From Nemertoderma westbladi (lineage: Eukaryota > Animalia > Xenacoelomorpha): DNA of 43,260 nucleotides. The DNA is taken from positions 1 to 43,260 of the forward strand of contig JAUCBJ010008680.1 of the NCBI GenBank assembly GCA_032718475.1, given 5' to 3'. Below are positions 36,520 through 43,260 of this stretch, piece after piece. The notes beneath the pieces are model-generated. The model worked only from the letters and a program-made list of their open reading frames with translations. It was not told the origin of the DNA and searched no databases. The translations under genes were made by a program, and so were the position numbers. The first letter of the stretch is position 1; the number at the start of each line of letters is the position of its first letter.

Positions 36520-37665
36520 CACAGAAACAAGTTGCTGCAACTTGTTTCCGAAACTTGTTTCCGAAACTTGTTTCTGCAACTTGTTTCCGAAACTTGTTTC
36601 CGAAACTTGTTTCTGCAACTTGTTTCAGCAACTTGTTGCTGGACCCCCTCACACACAGAAACAAGTTGCTGCAACTTGTTTCCGAAACTTGTTTCTGCAA
36701 CTTGTTTCTGCAACTTGTTTCTGCAACTTTTTTCAGCAACTTTTTGCTGGACCCCCTCACACACAGAAACAAGTTGCTGCAACTTGTTTCTGCAACTTGT
36801 TTCAGTAACTTGTTGCTTGACCCCCTCACACACAGAAACAAGTTGCTGCAACTTGCTTCTGCAACTTGTTTCAGCAACTTGTTGCTGGACCCCCTCACAC
36901 ACAGAAACAAGTTGCTGCAACTTGTTTCAGCAACTTGTTGCTGGACCCCCTCACACACAGAAACAAGTTGCTGCAACCTGTTTCTGCAACTTGTTTCAGC
37001 AACTTGTTGCTGGACCCCCTCACACACAGAAACAAGTTGCTGCAACTTGTTTCCGAAACTTGTTTCTGCAACTTGTTTCTGCAACTTGTTTCTGCAACTT
37101 GTTTCAGCAACTTTTTGCTGGACCCCCTCACACACAGAAACAAGTTGCTGCAACTTGTTTATGGAACTTGTTTCAGCAACTTGTTGCTGGACCCCCTCAC
37201 ACACAGAAACTAGTTGCTGCAACTTGTTTCCGAAACTTGTTTCTGCAACTTGTTTCAGCAACTTGTTGCTGGACCCCCTCACACACAGAAACAAGTTGCT
37301 GCAACTTGTTTCCGAAACTTGTTGCTGGCTCCCCTCACACACAGAAACTTGTTGCTCAAGAAAATATCAATTATTTCAAAATAAATAGCTAACATGTCCA
37401 GTCATGTATATATAATATCAAACCACTCAAATTATCGCATGTTAGCTACTGTATTATTGGATGTAATAAAAGTTTAAAAACAATTGCTGGGAATATAACT
37501 TTCAGCAACTTGTTGCAAGACCCCCTCACACACATAAACAAGTTGCAGCAACTTGTTTCTGGACTACTCACACACAGAAACAAGTTTCGGAAACAAGTGG
37601 CAGCAACAAGTTTCTGTGTGTGAGAACAAGTTTCAGAAACAAGTTGCTCCGTGTGAGGGGGGCCT
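36520..37665. repeat. Composite palindromic minisatellite (14-bp subunits AACTTGTTTC[T/C]G[C/A] plus GGACCCCCTCACACACAG spacers) with a partly inverted outlier at ~37500-37665
   Basis: AGAAACAAGTTGC-T-GCAACTTGTTTCT (e.g. 36765-36791) and close variants recur; reverse-oriented copies at ~37580-37665. Confidence 0.9.
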
Positions 37666-38370
37666 AAAACAAATCTTAAATACTTAGCTAGTTTTAAAAC
37701 AATTAGATTGGTGGTTGTGGTTGCATGGCCTACTATATAGTAGTTTATTGTTAATTTTCGCATATTTGCTACGGAAACTAGGTAAAATTATAATCGTATA
37801 ATTTTAAAAAAATGTTCTATAATTGTTTTATTATACCATTTTTTCCTAAAATTATACTCTTTTCTTAGAAATTGCTCTGATACGGGATTCTAGAAAATAA
37901 ATGTTGCAGTATATTTATATAATTTTATTTATTATCCTATGGTACAGCAATATACCAAATTTGCTACACGGCATAAAACAACTTAAGATCTTTTCGTTGT
38001 TTGCCATCTTATAAATTTCATTAAATTTTACTGGGGGGTGGAGGGAAGGCCTACTAGTGTAACCCGTGTCACCATTATTCTGCCTTTGTATAACTGTTTT
38101 ATATCTGTTTTGGCTGTTGTTTTATGTTCTGGAACATATTTCCGACTCGGTACATGTTTAATTGTTATGGTAGCTAATGTTTTCAATGGTAGATAGTGTA
38201 TTCATAAAAATGGTACAGTAGCTAGTGTTTTCAATGGTAGTTAGTCTATTCATATAAATGGTACAGCAGCTAGTGTTTTCAAAAATACCAACAGATCGTA
38301 ATATTATTATGAATATCCATAGTAAAGTTAGCTTATCTTTATTAATTTACCAGTGAAAAGAGTCTAGTAT

Positions 38371-38638
38371 TGAAGAAAATAAAATAACGTAATTTCTGCA
38401 ACAATTTATTAAAAAGATTGTCGAGCGTTGAGAAAGAGATACAACTTCAATATTCCAAATACAATATAATATAATAGGCTAACATCATATAGCCTAACTA
38501 ACGGTAACGCAATACAAGTATTAATACATCAGGCACAGCTACTACAATCTGTATGTAGGCCTATATATATAACCATAGGTACGGTACCGTATTTCGCCCT
38601 GTACTACACACTACACAAACTCTACATACTCCCCCGCT
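38371..38638 (-). mobile_element. Polypurine tract and probable 3' LTR of the Gypsy element
   Basis: Minus strand reads AGCGGGGGAGTA then TGTAGAG... (TGT at 38626); AATAAA at 38410-38405; candidate terminal CA at 38371 (end uncertain, no partner LTR in the window). Confidence 0.55.
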
Positions 38639-38846
38639 AATAAAGCTAAAATATATAATATATATTTCAGGAAAAAATCCGAAGAAACCGTTACAAAGGA
38701 GGATGTCATTAGTTCCGAAAGTCTATACCTAGTTACCAATTTAGTTACAGTTTAAGACTAACAATACTAAAGAAAATATTGATTACATACCCAAAAAAGG
38801 AAACCCTACTTTACCAGTGCAATGTCTTTATGTGTGGCCTCCTAAT

Positions 38847-40935
38847 CTATTTATATATACGACCACTCCTAGTACATGAGGTCTGAGTATTATGTGTGTT
38901 CCTTGTAGTGGTAGAGCTCTGGGGCTCTTCTCCATGATTTGAGGGACTATTCACCGCAAAATCATAACTTATATCGAACGTTTCCTCTTCTGTATTCCCA
39001 GGATTCATATTGTCATTATCGACTTGCTCCACTGAATCCACTATCGACTGGGGACAGCGCGATAGTTTAGAGATATTCACTGTGTCTATCCAACCATTGC
39101 CATCATCAACCTTTACAATCTGGTTGGAGATTACTTCTATCACTTGCGCTTTGACAAGAGATTGTGTAGGTCCCTTCTTACAGAATACCCAGTTGCCATT
39201 CCTCAACCAGGTTGGTCCCGTGAATTTTACATAGGGTTTATCGGAGCTGGATGGCCTGGGTGCGACTGTAGAGAATCTGTTAAATCTTAAGAACCTCGAG
39301 TGAGGTGTGACACCTGTAATACGGTTAGTCAAGGCACGTATATTCCCCAATGCATTATCCAGCTCTGACTCCCATTGGTTCACATTCTTATTGGACTCTG
39401 CCAACCGAAGCAGAATGTGCCGCCAAATTATTCCGTTGTACCGTTCACACTGCCCATTACCTGAAGGATGATAGGCAGTTGTACGTGTTTTAGTAATATT
39501 CCATGATTCAAGATAATCTCTAAATTTCTGACTTTCGAACTGTGATCCTCTGTCAGAATGGACAGACTTACATGGACCAAATAGAGTAAACAGCGATGTT
39601 AAACATCGCTCAACAGTTTCTAACTTCATGTTTGGTACAGGAAATGCAAATGGAAATCTCGAAAACTCATCAATGCAAACGAATAAGTATTTATTTCTGG
39701 TGGCTGATGGTATGGGTCCTTTAAAGTCAACCGAGACTCTCTCCCATGGTTCTGTAGATGATGTAATTGTCCCGGGAATTGGTTTTACAAACCTTGGTTT
39801 CTGCTCACAACAAATTATACAGTCATGACATATCTTAGCGCAATCTTGCTTCAGCCCTGGCCAATCATAAAATTGTTTAATGAATTGATATGTCCTTTCC
39901 ACACCAGGGTGCCCCAAACCTCTATGAATCGTGTCCAATGAAACAGAACCTTGTCCATCCTGTAATCCTCCATCTGACGACTGAGATGCGCAACACCGGC
40001 TCAGTGCATCAGCTATGATATTGTCTGTACCTCTCCGGTAACTGATTTCAAATGCAAACTCAGCCAACTCGATGCGCCACCTACACAATTTCCTATTCTT
40101 CACTTTTGTTTTTGGCCGTTCATCTAACAAGTATGATACTCCTTCCTGATCTGTTAATATTTCAAAACGCCGCCCCATTAGAAAGTCTCTCAGTTTATCC
40201 ACACAGTAATATATCGCAAAGGCCTCTAGTTCTGGTGTGGACCAATATCGTTCTGTCTGACTAAGGCTGTGAGAAATAAAGGCGATGGGACGTCCATTCT
40301 GTGATAGCATACCTCCAATAGCACTGTCAGATGCATCAGTTTCTAAAACTAAGGGATCAACTAAATTTGGTATCAATAAACACGACTCCACTATCTGTCT
40401 TTTAATTTCTGTGATAGCCTGGATACATTCACTATTCAACGGGAAGCACCCCTCTTTGAGTGATACAAAGAGTGGATTAGCTACCATAGCAAAGTTCTTC
40501 ACCCATTTTGAGTAATATACGCATATTCCAACAAGCCTTTCTAAAGCTTTCTTGTTACTGGGCACTGGCAGGTCCATAAGCCCTTGATATCTAGAAGGAT
40601 CCGGTTTGGTACAACCATTACCAATAATATGACCCATAAACTGAATTTCAGTTTTGTGGAACTCACACTTAGTTAGCTTAAACCTCATTTGGGCAATTCT
40701 TGCTCTCTCTAGGAACTTCCGCACCCGCTCATCATGCTCTTTCGTATCATTACCAAATACAACAACGTCATCCACTATTACTTCAACCCCTTCTAGGTCT
40801 GAAATAATGTTCATAATTTCTCTCTGGAACACTGCGGTTCCATTAGTTACCCCATATGGGAGTCTATTAAATTGAAACAGTTTACCCCCGGCCTCGAATG
40901 CGGTGTAAGGTCTTTCCTCTTCCTTGATAGGAGTA
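38847..40935 (-). mobile_element. Ty3/Gypsy LTR retrotransposon pol (RT C-part, RNase H, integrase), 5'-truncated
   Basis: YTAFEAG..FQFNRLPYGV, IVDDV (RT); LETDAS, ELEAFAI, TDQ, ADALSR (RNase H); H..LGHPG, C..C, VDFKGP, SDRGSQF, GNGQCER (integrase); domain order RT-RH-IN. Confidence 0.95.
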
Positions 40936-41164
40936 GTATAAGATACTATGACACCCGGCCATGGTCACCCGTAGCCCATCATTACCATCCATTTCTAGTA
41001 CTCTGTCCAATCAGATGCCACTATTTCAACCTTTTGCGGTGGTCGTTATTATTTCAACCAATCAGATGTCAGCATTTCATCCGTAACCATGGCAACTTCT
41101 CAAGTTCCCGCTTATTCCGCTAGAGGCGTTATTAGTCACCCAGCGCTAGTACTCCGTCCAATCA

Positions 41165-41420
41165 CCAACCTTTATTTTACAGGTGTTCGAGTGTCTACAC
41201 TTAGCATCAGGTAACTTCTACTATTTTTCAAATCGCAATTTTTCAGCAACCAGTATTTTCATATTCACCAACCTATATTTTACAGACGCTAGAGGTGTCT
41301 ACAGGTAACGTCTACTATTTTTCAAATCGCTATTTTTCAGCAACCAGTATTTTCATATTTACAAACCTTTATTTTACAGACGCTAGAGGTGTCTACAGGT
41401 AACTTCTACTATTTTTCACC
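41165..41420. repeat. Short imperfect direct repeats (ttttacag..gtgtctac..aggtaacttctactatttttca x3) within an unidentified non-coding insertion that truncates the Gypsy RT
   Basis: Three related copies beginning at ~41168, ~41270 and ~41364. Confidence 0.7.
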
Positions 41421-42319
41421 AGTAACTAAATTTAATTTCGCAATTTTTCAGATAACAAAATATTCAACCGGGTTCGAACTCGGGACTGTTATAACTCCTC
41501 ACAACTCGTCACCCACTCTTCCACCCAACCTCGAGAGAAAAAGGCGATAAATATCCGAGTTATAGCTGTTGAATGCCAAGTAATAATTATTCAATATCGA
41601 TTTATTCATCATAACTGGTCGCAGATGTTTACAAATAGCTTGTGGTAGTATCAATTATAAATTATTGTTCATTGAATTCTATACTATAGCATATGTTACC
41701 AACGAGATCCAATTATTCTAATGATTTCGATAGCATAAAATGCATATTAATTAATACGAAATACATCTAACTAATAATAATAATTTACTTGTTCTACATA
41801 CATTATCAGTACAATATTGACAGGTTAATTACGTTTGAATATAAGATGGAATGATAATTAATGTTTAGATGTAGGGTATTGATTGTTGTGAGTATGTGCT
41901 AGATATAGCAGTAATAGTGTTATTCGATATGTAACATTATGAAACAATGTCTCATGTATACACTGTAGTGTTGCAACTATGTGTAGGTAAGTCAATGTGT
42001 CAGTGTTAATATAGTATATTACATTTTTTATAATATATTGGTTCTACAGAGTGATGCTGGGTTTTAGCACTATTAATTTGACATTTTTTTATTGCGAAAT
42101 TAGATTCACTGAAAAATCACATGAATAAACTTTGCGAGACATTCCTTAACTATTCTTTGACAACAAATTGTCTATCTATCTATTTTGAGTAAAAAATGTG
42201 AAAATTAAAATGCAAGTCTTAAAAACTGAGTAAGACTGATTTCACTTCTCTGCAAAATATTACTCGTATTTCCAGCATTTTTGAAATTTAGGTCTCCAGT
42301 TGTGATACTCGGAGCCAGC

Positions 42320-43260
42320 TTAAAAACGATTCCTAGCCATATGACTTCTGTTGGATCGGTTGTAATACCTGTTGTCATAGGTTATGTCACATTGGTCATT
42401 ACTGGGGTACGAGGTATGTTCAGATTGGTCTCTTAGATGAGGGTTTGGGAAGTGTTGATGTGGATAATCATGTCTACTCACTCTGTTCTTCTGATACTGC
42501 TGGTATGTTTGACTTTGGTGTCGAGATGATTCTGGGGCATGTCTCCAAGAGTTCCTCACATACTCCGTATGCCTATTATTATCTTGCAGGATAGATTTAT
42601 ATTGATTACCATTATAGTTGGCTTGATTGTTATTGTGTCAGTATGAATCCCTAGAGGTTTTGTAGTGTAGATCAAACCCTTTATTATTCCGCTTCATATC
42701 TGTGCTGCTTCTACTGCTTCCGTTTGTTGGAAGGGGTGCTTCGTTGGGTTTCTTGTTCGTATCTCGTTTGATGTTGCTTAAAGTTGTTGTGTTCATTCTT
42801 GCTACTACCTTGTGATTTTCTTAGATTGACAGTTTCTTTGGAAACATTATTTAGATTCACCAAGAAATCAGTCAGTTGTTGTGGAAGTATGGTAATTTTG
42901 GTATCATTATCTAGTTCACTATATTTGTTTTCAGTCTTAATGTTGTGCTGCATCTGGATCTTTGATTTGAAGGTTGGTTTGGCAGATCTTTTTGGTTCTT
43001 GCCAGGTCTCATTGTTTTTGAGGACTTGTTCTAGAGTAGAGGGACATTTCACTGATGGGTTTGTGATTATTACAGAGTCTTTTCTTATGTTTGTTGGTAC
43101 CTGACTTCCTTGTAGGGATTCACCTTTCTTTTCCTTTATGCTGTATGAGTAAGTAGGATCCATTTCAGTTTCATTTGAATTGTCTGATATATTATCTACT
43201 GTTATATACTCATCAGTCTCTGATGGTGAAGATATGTCTGTTGTAGAAGTTGTGGACTTC
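42320..43260 (-). pseudogene. Interrupted low-complexity ORF, possibly a decayed LINE ORF1 C-terminus
   Basis: ORFs 42711-43163 and 42320-42559 are hydrophilic and Q/N/S-rich; an NKYSEL motif resembles the N(R/K)(F/Y)xxL seen in some LINE ORF1s; no firm domain. Confidence 0.25.

Noticed and set aside
4106-37350. CRISPR arrays
   Set aside because: Repeats are head-to-tail without unique spacers, there are no cas genes, and the context is a eukaryotic spliced gene.
36419-37392. Cys/Gln-rich overlapping ORFs
   Set aside because: Products of the palindromic satellite in multiple frames on both strands.

Overview
Animal (invertebrate-like), AT-rich genomic DNA, not prokaryotic. The main gene is almost invisible in the ORF track: it is the 3' end of a spliced voltage-gated calcium channel alpha-1 gene of the Cav2 (cacophony/unc-2/CACNA1A-B) type on the minus strand. 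Seven phase-consistent GT-AG exons lie between 30564 and 7182 and cover the end of IVS6, GPHH/EF-hand, pre-IQ, a degenerate IQ and a short C-tail. The most striking observation is that the two largest satellites are tandem amplifications of this gene's own exon-intron junctions. A 42-bp unit (~314 copies, 13.2 kb) repeats a 3' splice acceptor plus the exon start. A 59-bp unit (~73 copies) repeats the exon end plus the 5' donor. Both arrays grew into the intron and left the exon intact. The giant ORFs in the track are artefacts of these repeats. Other contents: 22-bp and 27-bp minisatellites, a palindromic composite satellite, a 5'-truncated RTE LINE inserted in the 59-bp array with a 12-bp TSD, an RTE APE/RT fragment, a second LINE, a Gypsy pol with PPT/LTR, two intronic hairpins, and two unclassified triple-zinc-knuckle ORFs each followed by hairpin + purine tract + TGT. 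All calls are by eye and need RNA-seq or database confirmation.
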